From contig JAWOIX010000074.1 in the NCBI GenBank assembly GCA_046484405.1, positions 1,083 to 65,082 on the forward strand: a stretch of DNA of 64,000 nt, written 5' to 3'. Position 1 is the stretch's first letter; every line of letters starts with the position of its first letter. This stretch comes from Pelovirga sp. Its GTDB lineage: Bacteria > Desulfobacterota > Desulfuromonadia > Desulfuromonadales > Geopsychrobacteraceae. Of the stretch, positions 9,148 through 19,314 are shown piece after piece. The notes under the pieces were generated by a model. That model had not been told where the DNA came from. It searched no databases and saw only the letters and a program-made list of their open reading frames with translations. The translations under genes were made by a program, and so were the position numbers.

Positions 9148-10983
9148 ATGCAGAAATGGTTATTGATCTTGGGCACGCTGCTCTGCGTGACCACGGTGCA
9201 GGCCGAGGAAACCGTCACCATGGAGCCGGTCGTGGTCACGGCCACGCGAACCCTGACCCCCTTAAGCCAGGTCGCCAGTTCGATCACGGTGATCAGCGCC
9301 GAAGAGATCGCAGAGAAGCAGCACCGCATGGTGCTGGATGTGCTGCGCAGCGTCCCCGGGGTGAGCATCACCCGTAGCGGCCCCGTCGGCGGGCAGGCCT
9401 CCATCCGTCTGCGCGGCACCGACAATCGCCACACCCTGGTGCTGATTGATGGCATCGAATACCGTGACGCCTCAACTATCGGCGGCGGACCGGACCTGGC
9501 TCACCTGAGCGTCGACAACATCGCGCAGATCGAGATTGTCCGCGGCCCGCAGAGTGTTCTCTACGGTTCCGACGCGATTGGCGGGGTCATCAACATCATC
9601 ACCAGAAAGGGCACGGCACAACCCCAGGCATACGCGTCAGTCGAGGGGGGTTCCTATAACACCTGGCGCGAGACCGCCGGCTTCTCCGTCGACAGCGGCG
9701 TCACGGCCGTTGCCGTCGGGATCTCCAGAACCGATACGGACGGGTTTTCCTCCTACAATGAAAAAGACGGCTTTCGCGAAAAGGACGGCTACCGCAACAC
9801 CAGCGCCTCCCTTAACCTGTCGGCGCGTCCCTCCGATGTTGTTTCTCTCAACCTGAATCTGCGCCTGACCGATTCGACCTATGATTTTGACAGCGGCTAC
9901 TTCGACGAGGCGTTCAACTTTATCCGCGCGGATACCGACGCCGCCGTCGACACCCTGGAACTGGCCGGGCGCACGGAAGCGGTGCTTGACCTGGCGGACG
10001 GAAGATGGCAGCTGATTCTTGGCACGGCTATCACCGATACGGACCGTGATACAACCGGCACCTACGATAACTACCGCTACGAGGGACGGATCACCAAATT
10101 CGACCTGCAAAGCAGCTACCGCATCAATGATCAACACCTGCTGACGGGCGGCGTCGAAACGGAAAAGGAAGAATACACCAGCAGCTACGGGGACTCCGGA
10201 GAGGTCCGGTCACAGGCGGTTTTTCTCCAGGAACAGCTCAGTATCGCAGGCCTTTCTGCCGCCCTCGGCATCCGTTACGATGATCACGAGGAGTTTGGCG
10301 ACAAAACCACCTGGCGCCTGGCGCCGACCTACACCCTGGCTGCGACGGCGACCCGCCTGAAGGCGTCCGTCGGGACCGGTTTCAAGGCCCCGTCACTGTT
10401 CCAGCTGTACTATCCCTACGGCGGCAATCGCAACCTCAAGGCCGAAACCAGCCGCGGCTGGGATGCGGGATTCGAACAACCCCTGTTCGGTGAGAGCCTC
10501 CTGGTCGGCCTGACGTACTTCGCCAACGACATTCAAAACTACATCGACTACGACGCGACAAGCTGGACCTATGCCAACATCGGCAAGTTGAAGACCGAAG
10601 GGGTGGAATCAACCCTGCAGTGGTACCCCTCGACCCTCTTCCATGTCCAGGTCGGCTACACCTATACCGACGCAAAGGACGGCGATGATGTCAGAAAGGC
10701 ACGCATCCCCCTGCACCAGGGGTCGCTTGATCTCCACCTCTATCCGGTGCAGAGCCTGCAGCTTACCCTGGGAACACTCTATACCGGCACGCGCGCTGAC
10801 GGTGCGACGGCTGAAAAGCTGAAAGCCTATACCCTGGTCAACCTGGCGGCGTCCTACCAGCTGAACGAAAACCTCAAACTGTTCGGCCGGATTGACAATC
10901 TCTTCGATAAGGATTACGAAGAGGTGGCAGGCTACGGCACCGCCGGTCTGTCGGCCTACGCCGGCGTGCGCTTGAGTTTCTGA
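9148..10983 (+). CDS. btuB: TonB-dependent cobalamin receptor
   Basis: Signal peptide, TonB box EPVVVTATR, plug motifs LVLIDG and IEIVRGPQSVLYGSDAIGGVINIITR, C-terminal Phe; B12 riboswitch upstream; AGGAGG RBS. Confidence 0.9.
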   Translation: MQKWLLILGTLLCVTTVQAEETVTMEPVVVTATRTLTPLSQVASSITVISAEEIAEKQHRMVLDVLRSVPGVSITRSGPVGGQASIRLRGTDNRHTLVLIDGIEYRDASTIGGGPDLAHLSVDNIAQIEIVRGPQSVLYGSDAIGGVINIITRKGTAQPQAYASVEGGSYNTWRETAGFSVDSGVTAVAVGISRTDTDGFSSYNEKDGFREKDGYRNTSASLNLSARPSDVVSLNLNLRLTDSTYDFDSGYFDEAFNFIRADTDAAVDTLELAGRTEAVLDLADGRWQLILGTAITDTDRDTTGTYDNYRYEGRITKFDLQSSYRINDQHLLTGGVETEKEEYTSSYGDSGEVRSQAVFLQEQLSIAGLSAALGIRYDDHEEFGDKTTWRLAPTYTLAATATRLKASVGTGFKAPSLFQLYYPYGGNRNLKAETSRGWDAGFEQPLFGESLLVGLTYFANDIQNYIDYDATSWTYANIGKLKTEGVESTLQWYPSTLFHVQVGYTYTDAKDGDDVRKARIPLHQGSLDLHLYPVQSLQLTLGTLYTGTRADGATAEKLKAYTLVNLAASYQLNENLKLFGRIDNLFDKDYEEVAGYGTAGLSAYAGVRLSF

Positions 10984-10991
10984 CCAACACC

Positions 10992-11022
10992 GCAGGAGAC
11001 GGGTGACCGATCCGTCTTTTGC
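10992..11022 (+). other. Intercistronic hairpin btuB/btuF
   Basis: GCAGGAGACGG / CCGTCTTTTGC stem with G-U pairs. Confidence 0.45.
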
Positions 11023-11042
11023 GTTTGCCCTGGAGGGTTCTT

Positions 11043-11918
11043 TTGCCAAAACTCCTGCTTGCGCTCGTGCTGCTGTTTCTGTGCGGTCCGGCGATCGCGG
11101 CCACAACCTTCACCGATGCTCTCGGCCGCCCGGTGGCGCTGGATGCGCCACCGCAACGGATCATCTCGCTGGTCCCCAGCGTCACGGAAATCCTCTTCGC
11201 CCTCGGTGCCGAGGCGCGGCTGGTCGCCGTCACCGACGCCTGCACCTATCCGCCGGCGGCAACCGGCCTGCCCCATGTCGGCAGCTATGCCGATCCCAGC
11301 CTGGAACAGATTCTGCGCCACCGTCCCGACCTGGTCTTTGCCGCCGCCGACATGAACCGGCCGGCGCTGGTGGAGCGGCTCGACGCGTTGAATATACCGG
11401 TCTTTGTTGTCTATCCGCAGACCGTGATGGACACCCTTGAAACCATCGGCGCGATTGCTCAGATCACCGGTCACGGCGCCGCCGGCGCAACCATCATCGC
11501 AGACTTTGCGGCACGTCTGCGGCGGGTCGAGGAGCAGGTCGGAACCCGGCCGCCGGTCACCGCCCTCGTATGTGTCATGCTCGAGCCGCTGGTGGTGGCC
11601 GGCCCCGCGACCATCGTCGGTGATGTGCTGCGCTATGCCGGCGGCAGCAACCCGGTTCCCGCCGGCAGCAACAATTATCCGACCTGGAACCTGGAGACGG
11701 TGCTGCGCATCAACCCCGAGGTCATTGTCGTGTCCGCCCACCCGGGACAACCCTCCCCGGCAGCCGTGTTCGATCAGTGGCCACAACTGCGGGCTGTCGC
11801 TGAAGACCGCATCGTCGAAACGGTAGCGGACTGGATTCACCGTCCCGGGCCGCGCATGATCCTCGGCATTGAAGCGCTGGCCAGAATCCTGCATCCGGAC
11901 ATATCCCTTGAACCCTGA
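11043..11918 (+). CDS. btuF: Cobalamin ABC transporter periplasmic binding protein
   Basis: PQRIISLVPSVTEILFALG, PSLEQIL and RPGPR motifs; TTG start 6 nt after GGAGG. Confidence 0.85.
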   Translation: MPKLLLALVLLFLCGPAIAATTFTDALGRPVALDAPPQRIISLVPSVTEILFALGAEARLVAVTDACTYPPAATGLPHVGSYADPSLEQILRHRPDLVFAAADMNRPALVERLDALNIPVFVVYPQTVMDTLETIGAIAQITGHGAAGATIIADFAARLRRVEEQVGTRPPVTALVCVMLEPLVVAGPATIVGDVLRYAGGSNPVPAGSNNYPTWNLETVLRINPEVIVVSAHPGQPSPAAVFDQWPQLRAVAEDRIVETVADWIHRPGPRMILGIEALARILHPDISLEP

Positions 11919-12945
11919 GGTATCACCAGCAAAGGCCTCCGGCGCTGTCTGCAGCCGCAGAATCTGGCGCCGCAGCGGCCAGCTGCTGCTGCTGATTTCA
12001 CCGCTGCTGGCCGTGCTGGTCAGCCTGATGGCCGGCAGCTTTACCCTGTCTCCGGGGGAGCTGTTGACCCTGCTCGCCGCCGGGCCGGGGGACAGCGTCG
12101 ACCAGATCATCCTCTGGCAGTTGCGACTGCCGCGCGCCCTGCTCGCCGGCCTGGTCGGTGCAGCCTTAAGCCTGGCCGGCGCCACCTTCCAGGCCACCCT
12201 GCGCAATCCCCTCGCCGATCCCTATCTCCTCGGAGTTTCCGGTGGTGCCGCCCTTGGCGCGGTGGCGGCCCTGACCAGCGGTGTCGCCGTGACCCTGCTC
12301 GTTCCCCTGGCCGCCTTCGCTGGCGCTCTCGGAACCCTGCTGCTGGTTTACCTGGTCGCCCGGGCCCATACCTGTTCTCCCCACACCCTGATCCTCTCCG
12401 GCGTCATGATCGGCAGCCTGGCCGGTGCCCTGCTCCTGTTCCTGCTCTGGCAGGCGCCGGTGGAAGCGGCGCGGCAGGCGATCTTCTGGATGGCGGGCAA
12501 TCTCTCCCTCGCCAGTCCCGGCGCGCTGAACTGGAGCTGGATCTGGATCGGCAGCGGCGCCCTGCTCCTCTGGACCCGGGCAGCGCAGCTCGACCTGATG
12601 ACGCAGGGAGAAGAGACCGCCGCCAACCTCGGGATCGACGTCGGCCGCACCCGCCTGCTGCTCTTTACCATCGCCGGGGCCCTGACCGCCAGCGCCGTCG
12701 CCCTGGCCGGAATGATCGGCTTTGTCGGGCTGGTCATCCCGCACATCTGCCGGCTGCTCTGGGGACCGGGGCATCGGCGGCTCCTCCCCTGCGCGGCGCT
12801 GCTCGGCAGCAGCTTCCTGATTCTTGCCGACGCCATCGCCCGGTCGGTCTACGCTCCGGCGGAGATCCCCGTGGGTGTGGTCACCGCGCTGCTCGGCGCC
12901 CCCTTCTTCCTCTACCTGCTGCAACGCAACCGGGGGGCCATGTGA
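11908..12945 (+). CDS. btuC: Cobalamin ABC transporter permease (FecCD/BtuC)
   Basis: LRLPRALL, RNPLADPYLLGVSGGA, GFVGLVIPH and EIPVGVVTALLGAPFF motifs; start approximate. Confidence 0.88.
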   Translation: MNPEVSPAKASGAVCSRRIWRRSGQLLLLISPLLAVLVSLMAGSFTLSPGELLTLLAAGPGDSVDQIILWQLRLPRALLAGLVGAALSLAGATFQATLRNPLADPYLLGVSGGAALGAVAALTSGVAVTLLVPLAAFAGALGTLLLVYLVARAHTCSPHTLILSGVMIGSLAGALLLFLLWQAPVEAARQAIFWMAGNLSLASPGALNWSWIWIGSGALLLWTRAAQLDLMTQGEETAANLGIDVGRTRLLLFTIAGALTASAVALAGMIGFVGLVIPHICRLLWGPGHRRLLPCAALLGSSFLILADAIARSVYAPAEIPVGVVTALLGAPFFLYLLQRNRGAM

Positions 12946-14189
12946 TTCGGATCAGCGATCTTGGCTTCGCCTTCGCCGGCAACCCGGTTTTCAGCCACCT
13001 TGAGTTGCGTATCGAGCAGGGCGAAATTCTGTCCATCATCGGGCCTAACGGCTGTGGCAAATCGACCCTGCTGCGCCTGCTCCGCGGCCATCTGCGGCCA
13101 CAGGCAGGAGAAATCCGCTGGGACGATATCCCCCTTGAGCGCCTGTCGTCGCGGCAGCTGGCGCGCCGGGTTGCCGTCGTCCCCCAGGCAACCCATATCG
13201 ATTTCTCTTTCAGTGTCCGCCAGATGGTGGCCATGGGGCGCTACCCCCATCGTAAAAACCTGCTCAGCTTTGTCAGTGCGGCGGACGAGCGGGCTATCCG
13301 CCACGCCCTCGCGTTGACCGATGTCGTTGATCTGGCCGAGCGACCGGTAACCCGACTCAGCGGCGGTGAGCTGCAGCGGGTCCTGCTCGCGCGGGCGCTG
13401 GCACAGGACACCGGGGTGCTGCTTCTCGACGAAGCCAGCAGCCACCTGGACATCGACCACCGCCTCGAACTGGCGGAACTGCTGGCGCGCCTCAATCGCG
13501 AACAGCACAAGACCATCATCCAGGTCAGCCATGACCTCGACCTTGCGGCCGCCATCTCCCATCGCATCCTGATGCTCTCGGCGCATGGCGAGATTGTCGC
13601 CCTCGGCAGCCCTGCCAGCGTCATGACCGCCGCCAACCTGCACCAGCTGTTTCGCGTCGACCTGCGCGTCGACACCAACCCCTACACCGGCACGCCGCAG
13701 GTCACTGCGCTGGTCAACAGCGCCATGCACCAGTTGGGTCACCTGAATATTCACCTGGTCTGCGGCGGCGGCAGCGGCAGGATGGCGCTACGCCGGCTCC
13801 ATCTTGCCGGCGCAACGCTCAGCGCCGGCCCCTTGAACCTGGGCGATTCCGATCACAGCAACGCCACCGCCCTCGGGGTGCCGGTGGTGGAGGAACTCCC
13901 CTTTCACCCTTACTCGGCCACGGCCCTGGAGCAGGCGCGCGCGCTGATGCTGAGGGCCGACGCCACGGTCATTTTGACCAGCTGGTGGGGGGAGGGCAAC
14001 CTCCCCTGCCTGGCCCTGGCCATGACCGCGCTGAGCGCGGGAAAGCGGGTTTATCTCGTTGATCCACGGGAAAAGGATGACTACACCGGGGGGAAGGGCT
14101 GGCAGGAGATCGGCGCACTGCTCCGGCATGGCGCCGTCAGCGTGCGCAACGAGGATCACCTGCTCGAGGAGCTGCAGCAGTTGGTCTGA
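12942..14189 (+). CDS. btuD: Cobalamin ABC transporter ATP-binding protein with extra C-terminal domain
   Basis: GPNGCGKST, LSGGELQR, LLLDE and HDLDLA motifs, followed by ~150 extra residues starting IHLVCGGGSG. Confidence 0.85.
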   Translation: MIRISDLGFAFAGNPVFSHLELRIEQGEILSIIGPNGCGKSTLLRLLRGHLRPQAGEIRWDDIPLERLSSRQLARRVAVVPQATHIDFSFSVRQMVAMGRYPHRKNLLSFVSAADERAIRHALALTDVVDLAERPVTRLSGGELQRVLLARALAQDTGVLLLDEASSHLDIDHRLELAELLARLNREQHKTIIQVSHDLDLAAAISHRILMLSAHGEIVALGSPASVMTAANLHQLFRVDLRVDTNPYTGTPQVTALVNSAMHQLGHLNIHLVCGGGSGRMALRRLHLAGATLSAGPLNLGDSDHSNATALGVPVVEELPFHPYSATALEQARALMLRADATVILTSWWGEGNLPCLALAMTALSAGKRVYLVDPREKDDYTGGKGWQEIGALLRHGAVSVRNEDHLLEELQQLV

Positions 14190-14305
14190 GATCGGGCGAC
14201 ACCCGCGTCTTCGCTACTGCTGTGGCGAGAATCGCAGCAAGCGTTTTCAGCACGGGCAGCCGCACCCTTGCCGTGTCCGGTCATACGCCGCAGAGCACAG
14301 GCACT

Positions 14306-14341
14306 AACGCCCACGACCGTGACATCGTGGGCGTTTTCTTT
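14306..14341 (+). terminator. Intrinsic terminator of btu operon
   Basis: AACGCCCACGA-8 nt-TCGTGGGCGTT followed by TTCTTT. Confidence 0.65.
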
Positions 14342-14388
14342 GCAGTCGGCGCTACCGCGCCGGGAAGATGTTTCGATATTTTTCCGTG

Positions 14389-15447
14389 CTACCGGGGTGA
14401 CAGTTCCCCCGGGTTTTCCAGCAGGCGCGTCAGTTCAGCAAGAAACCTGGCCGCACAGAGCCCGTCGACGATGCGGTGATCCGCCATCAGGGTCACCCGC
14501 ATCCTGGCCGCCGTCACCATCTCGCCATCCTTGACCACGACCTCATCGCGGATTCCGCCAACAGCGAGGATGGCCGCCATGCCCGGCGGCACCAGGGCGG
14601 CGAACTGCTCGACGCCGAACATCCCCAGGTTGGAGATGGCAAAATTGCCGCCGGTCAGGTCGGCCATGGCGATGGAGCCGTCCCTGGCCTTATCGATCAG
14701 CCGGCGCGATGCGGCCGCCACCTCTTCCAGGCTGAGGGTTTCACAGCCCTTGATGACCGGCATCATCAGATCATCATCGGCAGCGACGGCGATAGCGATA
14801 TTGACCTGCGAATGGAGAATGAATTCCTTTTCACCCAGGCCGGCGTTGATCATCGGATACTTTTCTATCGCCCTGGCACAGGCCTTGGTGACGATGTCAT
14901 TCATGGAAACGGCCTGGCCAGCCTCCTTGCGTTGTTCTCGCAGGCGCCTGGCGGCCCCCATGTCAATGGCCGCGGTGACCGGAAACTGGGGAATCGACCA
15001 CGAGGCAACGACGGTTTTTGCGATGGCGGCGCGCATTTTAGACATCGGCCTGGTGGCTGACGCCTCCGTTTCTCCGGTCGCGGGAGCGGCGTCAGCCGCG
15101 TCAGCCTGGTTTTCGTCCGGCGTCTCCGTATCCGCGTCCGGCGCTGGATTATCCCCGTAGCTGGCAATAAAGGCGTCGATCTCCTCGTCGGTCACATCCG
15201 CAGCAGCGATGATCCCGATCAATGTCTGAATCGGGTAATCCTCACCTTCCTCGCCGATAATCCGCCGGAGTACACCGGCGACCGGGCTTTCGAGCGCCTG
15301 GACGATCTTGTCGCTGGAAATCTCCACCACTTCACTGTCGACCTCAACCTCGTCCCCTTCCGCCAGCAGCCAGGCGTTGATCGATCCCTCTTCCATGGTC
15401 AATCCCCACTTGGGAATCGTCAGGGGAAAAATTTTTCTGTCACTCAT
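14389..15447 (-). CDS. acoC: Acetoin dehydrogenase E2 (dihydrolipoamide acetyltransferase)
   Basis: PKWGLTMEEG lipoyl domain with SDK lipoyl-Lys and AcoC-type DEEIDAFI; catalytic domain with ISNLGMFG and ADHRIVDG. Confidence 0.85.
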   Translation of the reverse strand: MSDRKIFPLTIPKWGLTMEEGSINAWLLAEGDEVEVDSEVVEISSDKIVQALESPVAGVLRRIIGEEGEDYPIQTLIGIIAAADVTDEEIDAFIASYGDNPAPDADTETPDENQADAADAAPATGETEASATRPMSKMRAAIAKTVVASWSIPQFPVTAAIDMGAARRLREQRKEAGQAVSMNDIVTKACARAIEKYPMINAGLGEKEFILHSQVNIAIAVAADDDLMMPVIKGCETLSLEEVAAASRRLIDKARDGSIAMADLTGGNFAISNLGMFGVEQFAALVPPGMAAILAVGGIRDEVVVKDGEMVTAARMRVTLMADHRIVDGLCAARFLAELTRLLENPGELSPR

Positions 15448-15453
15448 AGTGCT

Positions 15454-16458
15454 TTACTCCATTGTCTGACGCACTGCCGCTTCGACCCTGGCAGCACTGG
15501 GGAGATATGCGGTCTCGAGATTTTTGGCAAAGGGCACCGGAACAAAGGGCGGCGTGACCATCCGCGGTGCCGCCTTCAGCGAGGAAAACACCTCCTGGGC
15601 GGCCATCCCGACGACATCGGAGGCGAAGCCGCAGCGGCTGCTGTCCTCGTCGACGACGACCAGTCGCCCGGTTTTCCTGATGCTGGTAAAAATGGCATCA
15701 TGGTCCAGCGGGGAGGTGGTCCGTGGATCGATAATGGTGCAGCTGATGCCGTCCTTTTCCAGTTGTTTGGCCGCCCTGGTCGCAACACTCACCATCAGCC
15801 CCAGGGCAACGATCGTGACATCCTTTCCTTCCTGCACAATATTGGCCTTGCCCAGGGGAATCCGGTAATGCTCTTCCGGCACCTCCCCCTTAAGGGTGTA
15901 AAGGGCCTTGTGTTCAAAGAAGATGCAGGGATCATCATCCTGAATGGCCGTGGCGAGCAGACCTTTGGCATCGTAGGCATTCGAGGGAACGATGCATTTC
16001 AGCCCGGGGACATGGGTGAATATCGAATAGGGACTTTGCGAATGCTGGGCGGCGGCACAGAAACCGGCCCCGATAATGGTGCGGATAGTCACCGGTGTGA
16101 CTGCCTTGCCGCCGAACATGTAACGGAACTTGGCGGCCTGGTTGTAGAGCTGATCGAAACAGACGCCGAGAAAGTCGGCAAACATCAGTTCGCCAATAGC
16201 CCGCATCCCGCAGGCCGAGGCCCCGACGGCAGCACCGATGTAGGAGGACTCGGAAATCGGTGCATCAAGCACCCGCTCCGGGAACTGGTGGTAAAGGCCC
16301 TTGGTCACGCCGAGAACGCCACCCCAGGAATCGCGTTCCTGGCCCGTCCCCGCCGAACCGGCAACATCCAGCCCCATCAGGATGACCGTCTCGTCTCTTT
16401 CCATCTCCAGACGAATCGCTTCGTTAATGGCCTCCTTGAACATGATTTTCCTTGCCAT
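15454..16458 (-). CDS. acoB: Acetoin dehydrogenase E1 beta subunit
   Basis: WGGVLGVTKGL, DAPISES, NQAAKFRYMFGGKA and AAQHSQ motifs. Confidence 0.92.
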   Translation of the reverse strand: MARKIMFKEAINEAIRLEMERDETVILMGLDVAGSAGTGQERDSWGGVLGVTKGLYHQFPERVLDAPISESSYIGAAVGASACGMRAIGELMFADFLGVCFDQLYNQAAKFRYMFGGKAVTPVTIRTIIGAGFCAAAQHSQSPYSIFTHVPGLKCIVPSNAYDAKGLLATAIQDDDPCIFFEHKALYTLKGEVPEEHYRIPLGKANIVQEGKDVTIVALGLMVSVATRAAKQLEKDGISCTIIDPRTTSPLDHDAIFTSIRKTGRLVVVDEDSSRCGFASDVVGMAAQEVFSSLKAAPRMVTPPFVPVPFAKNLETAYLPSAARVEAAVRQTME

Positions 16459-16497
16459 TGCTTTTGTCCTTTCTTTTTATGTCACACGTTAAAAAGA

Positions 16498-17478
16498 TCA
16501 GTAAGAGACGTACACATCGGTCAACAAGGATTCAGGATCAGGTTCAGGGGCGGCTTTGGCCGCAGCAACAGCACTCTCTATCTGGGCGAGGACCTCCTTG
16601 TCGATCTCTTCCAGCTCGGCACTCTCCAGCAGATCCGCAGACACAACTGCGGCGGCAAAACGTTTGAGGGGATCATTATTGGCGCGGGCGTCCTTCACTT
16701 CTCCTTTGGGCCGGTAGGTCTGGGCGTCCCCCTCGAAATGGCCAAAATAGCGCAACGTTTTGCACTCGACAAAAGCCGGACCGCCACCTTTGCGGGCCCG
16801 CTCGATGGCTTCACCCGCCGCCTCGTAGACGGCAAAGAAATCGTTGCCGTCCACGGTAATGGCCGGCATACCGAAGCCGCGGGCACGGTCGGCAATATTC
16901 TCGGTACCGACACGGGCTGTGTACTTGGGTGACGTTGACTCGGCATAACCATTGTTCTCCAGCACGAAAATCACCGGCAGATCCCAGGTGACCGCCAGGT
17001 TCATGGATTCGAAGTTGGTTCCCTGGTTCGCCGCCCCATCACCGAAAAAAACCACCGAGACACTGCCGTCCTTGCGCAGCTTGGAAGCCAACCCGGCCCC
17101 GCAGGCCAGCGGCGGACCGGCACCAACGATGCCGTTGGCGCCGAGCATGCCGACGTCAAGGTCGGCAATGTGCATCGACCCGCCCTTGCCGCCACAGGTC
17201 CCGGTTTTTCTCCCGTAGATTTCCGCCATCATCCCCATGATGTCGACGCCCTTGGCAATGCAGTGCCCGTGACCGCGATGGGTGCTGGAGATGCGATCCT
17301 TGTCGTTGAGGTGCTCGCAAAAACCGACGGCAACCGCTTCCTCCCCGGCATAGAGATGCACGAACCCGGGGATTTCTCCGGTGGCAAACTCGGCATGGAT
17401 ACGCTCCTCGAATACACGGATCTGCCGCATCTTGCGATAGGCCTTGAGTAAAGCTTCCCTGGACATTTGCCCGCTCAT
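16498..17478 (-). CDS. acoA: Acetoin dehydrogenase E1 alpha subunit
   Basis: GEIPGFVHLYAGEEA, STHRGHGHCIAKG, TPP motif GDGA...ENN and GHFEGDAQTYR; AAGGAG RBS before ATG 17478. Confidence 0.93.
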   Translation of the reverse strand: MSGQMSREALLKAYRKMRQIRVFEERIHAEFATGEIPGFVHLYAGEEAVAVGFCEHLNDKDRISSTHRGHGHCIAKGVDIMGMMAEIYGRKTGTCGGKGGSMHIADLDVGMLGANGIVGAGPPLACGAGLASKLRKDGSVSVVFFGDGAANQGTNFESMNLAVTWDLPVIFVLENNGYAESTSPKYTARVGTENIADRARGFGMPAITVDGNDFFAVYEAAGEAIERARKGGGPAFVECKTLRYFGHFEGDAQTYRPKGEVKDARANNDPLKRFAAAVVSADLLESAELEEIDKEVLAQIESAVAAAKAAPEPDPESLLTDVYVSY

Positions 17479-17785
17479 GTGGATCTCCTTTCCCTCTGGA
17501 TTGACGTGGCATTGCATGACCAGGCGCTGACCCTGGTCAAGGTCGACAACTCCCTCACTCAAAGATAGCCGCTATTCACCAACTATCAAGGCGGCAACGA
17601 CCGTCCCGACCGATTAAACCGGTTTGCCGCACATGGTTGTTTCTGGTGACCGGTTGCTCTCCGGTTGCATCGGGCAGAACGCCGGGGTCCCTGCAAACAG
17701 GGTGACTGTCACCCGGGGGAAAAAATCGCAGCACCAAAGACGGGGCTGGAATATGGCAGGTTCGCAGGTGAGCGTTCCGTCAGGC

Positions 17786-18874
17786 TCACCGGTGCGCTGG
17801 CGGGGTCAGCCCCGCCGGCTTGTGTGCGCGCTCTGTGGACGGGCAACATAAAAGACCGCGCTCTGCGGCAAGAGTCATCACATGCGGAACATCAACAGTG
17901 AGGGGGCCATTGAGATCCAGCCAGATCTTTACGCTGGTGCAGCGCCGCAGGGTGAACTCCCGTTCTCCATCGAGGGAAACCATGCCGGTCAATTCTTTCA
18001 GGGAAATAACCTCAAGAGGGTGCAGCACCCGAACCGCGGCAATGCCAACCGGCAGGATGAGTCCCGGGGCAATCGGCGCACACAAGGTCATAAGGCCCTG
18101 CCCCGGTGGACAGAGAACCAGGTGCAGCCCCTCGCTGCTCTCACGCGGGATATGCCTGACGTAGCCGGCGACGGCTGACCAGCCAATCGCATCGGGCCGG
18201 GCAAACGGCACGAAAATCTCCCTGACCCGTTCCGGCTTCCACACCGCCCGGCTGCCGATCCACACGTCATCCGTCAGGCACAGATCAACCAGTGCCAGGT
18301 CACGACAGCACTCGTCGATCTCAACCCGCAGCACCTTGTTGCGCCTGGTCGCCGCGCTGACCGGTACAGCGCCGGTTGCCACCAGCCCGGCGGCGATGCC
18401 GGCGACGGTCGCTTCCTGGAACTGGGGAAAGGTGTTGTTGGTGCCTGTCGACAGGGCAACCAGGGGGATGTCTGCACAGCCGTCGGCAACCAGCCGGTGG
18501 GTGCCATCGCCGCCCAGGACAACGATGAGACGCACCCCGGCCTTGACCATCAGATCCACGGCGCGCAGGGTATCGATCGCCTTTTCCTCGACCGGCATAT
18601 CAAGCAGCTCGATCTGTGGCCAGGTCTCCCCGAGTGCAGCCGATCCCTGGTCCCGGCTGCGCAACAGGCTGCCGGCGATACCGGAGTGATCGGGAATCAG
18701 GTAGACCTTCGTGACTCCCGGAACCCGCATACCCAGACAGAGCCTGCGCACGATATTGGTTTTTTCGGCAATGGTATACCCCGAGGCGGCGCTGACAAGA
18801 CGCCGGATATCCTGTCCGGAAGCCGGGTTGGCGATAATGCCCACGCTACTGTCGGGAACCGGATCACTGATCAT
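17786..18874 (-). CDS. acoX: Acetoin catabolism protein X (ATP-NAD kinase-like)
   Basis: GIIANPASGQDIRRLV, LGGDGTHR, STGTNNTFP and LDGERE motifs; upstream of acoABC. Confidence 0.88.
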   Translation of the reverse strand: MISDPVPDSSVGIIANPASGQDIRRLVSAASGYTIAEKTNIVRRLCLGMRVPGVTKVYLIPDHSGIAGSLLRSRDQGSAALGETWPQIELLDMPVEEKAIDTLRAVDLMVKAGVRLIVVLGGDGTHRLVADGCADIPLVALSTGTNNTFPQFQEATVAGIAAGLVATGAVPVSAATRRNKVLRVEIDECCRDLALVDLCLTDDVWIGSRAVWKPERVREIFVPFARPDAIGWSAVAGYVRHIPRESSEGLHLVLCPPGQGLMTLCAPIAPGLILPVGIAAVRVLHPLEVISLKELTGMVSLDGEREFTLRRCTSVKIWLDLNGPLTVDVPHVMTLAAERGLLCCPSTERAHKPAGLTPPAHR

Positions 18875-19314
18875 GTGCCGACCCTTTCCTGCACGGCTTG
18901 AGGGGCACAAATCCGGGCAGATGTTTCGCGATGACATGCCATCTTCAGCCCTTATCTGACACGCTGAAATCCCATTAAAAGGGGGGGCAGGACGGTTCGT
19001 CAACGCCGCAACCGTGCGGCCTGACGCGACCGGATCGGCAGCTCGAACAAGCGCAGATCTGAATCAACTTTACCCGGTGGCAGCGGCATGTCAAATGCAC
19101 TGCGGAAGATCACAGGGCAACACCCTCCGCCACCGGCCGGGAGCGGGACAGTCCTGGTGTCACGATGCTGCCTCCTGTCGCCACTGCGGTTGACCAACGC
19201 CCGGGTTGCCTTTATAGTTCAATGGTATTTTTTCTTTGATTTCAAAGCAGTTACCCGCTGCCAAGAAGAGAGAGACAGGACCGCCGGACAAAGGCACGCT
19301 GACACCGGGACGCC

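Noticed and set aside
11003-11440. Out-of-frame GTG with AGGAG RBS suggesting a btuF frameshift
   Set aside because: An in-frame TTG at 11043 has its own GGAGG and gives an intact signal peptide; the AGGAG lies within a hairpin.
18925-18945. Candidate sigma54 promoter TGGCATGTCATCGC upstream of acoX
   Set aside because: GG-to-GC spacing is 9 nt, not the required 10.
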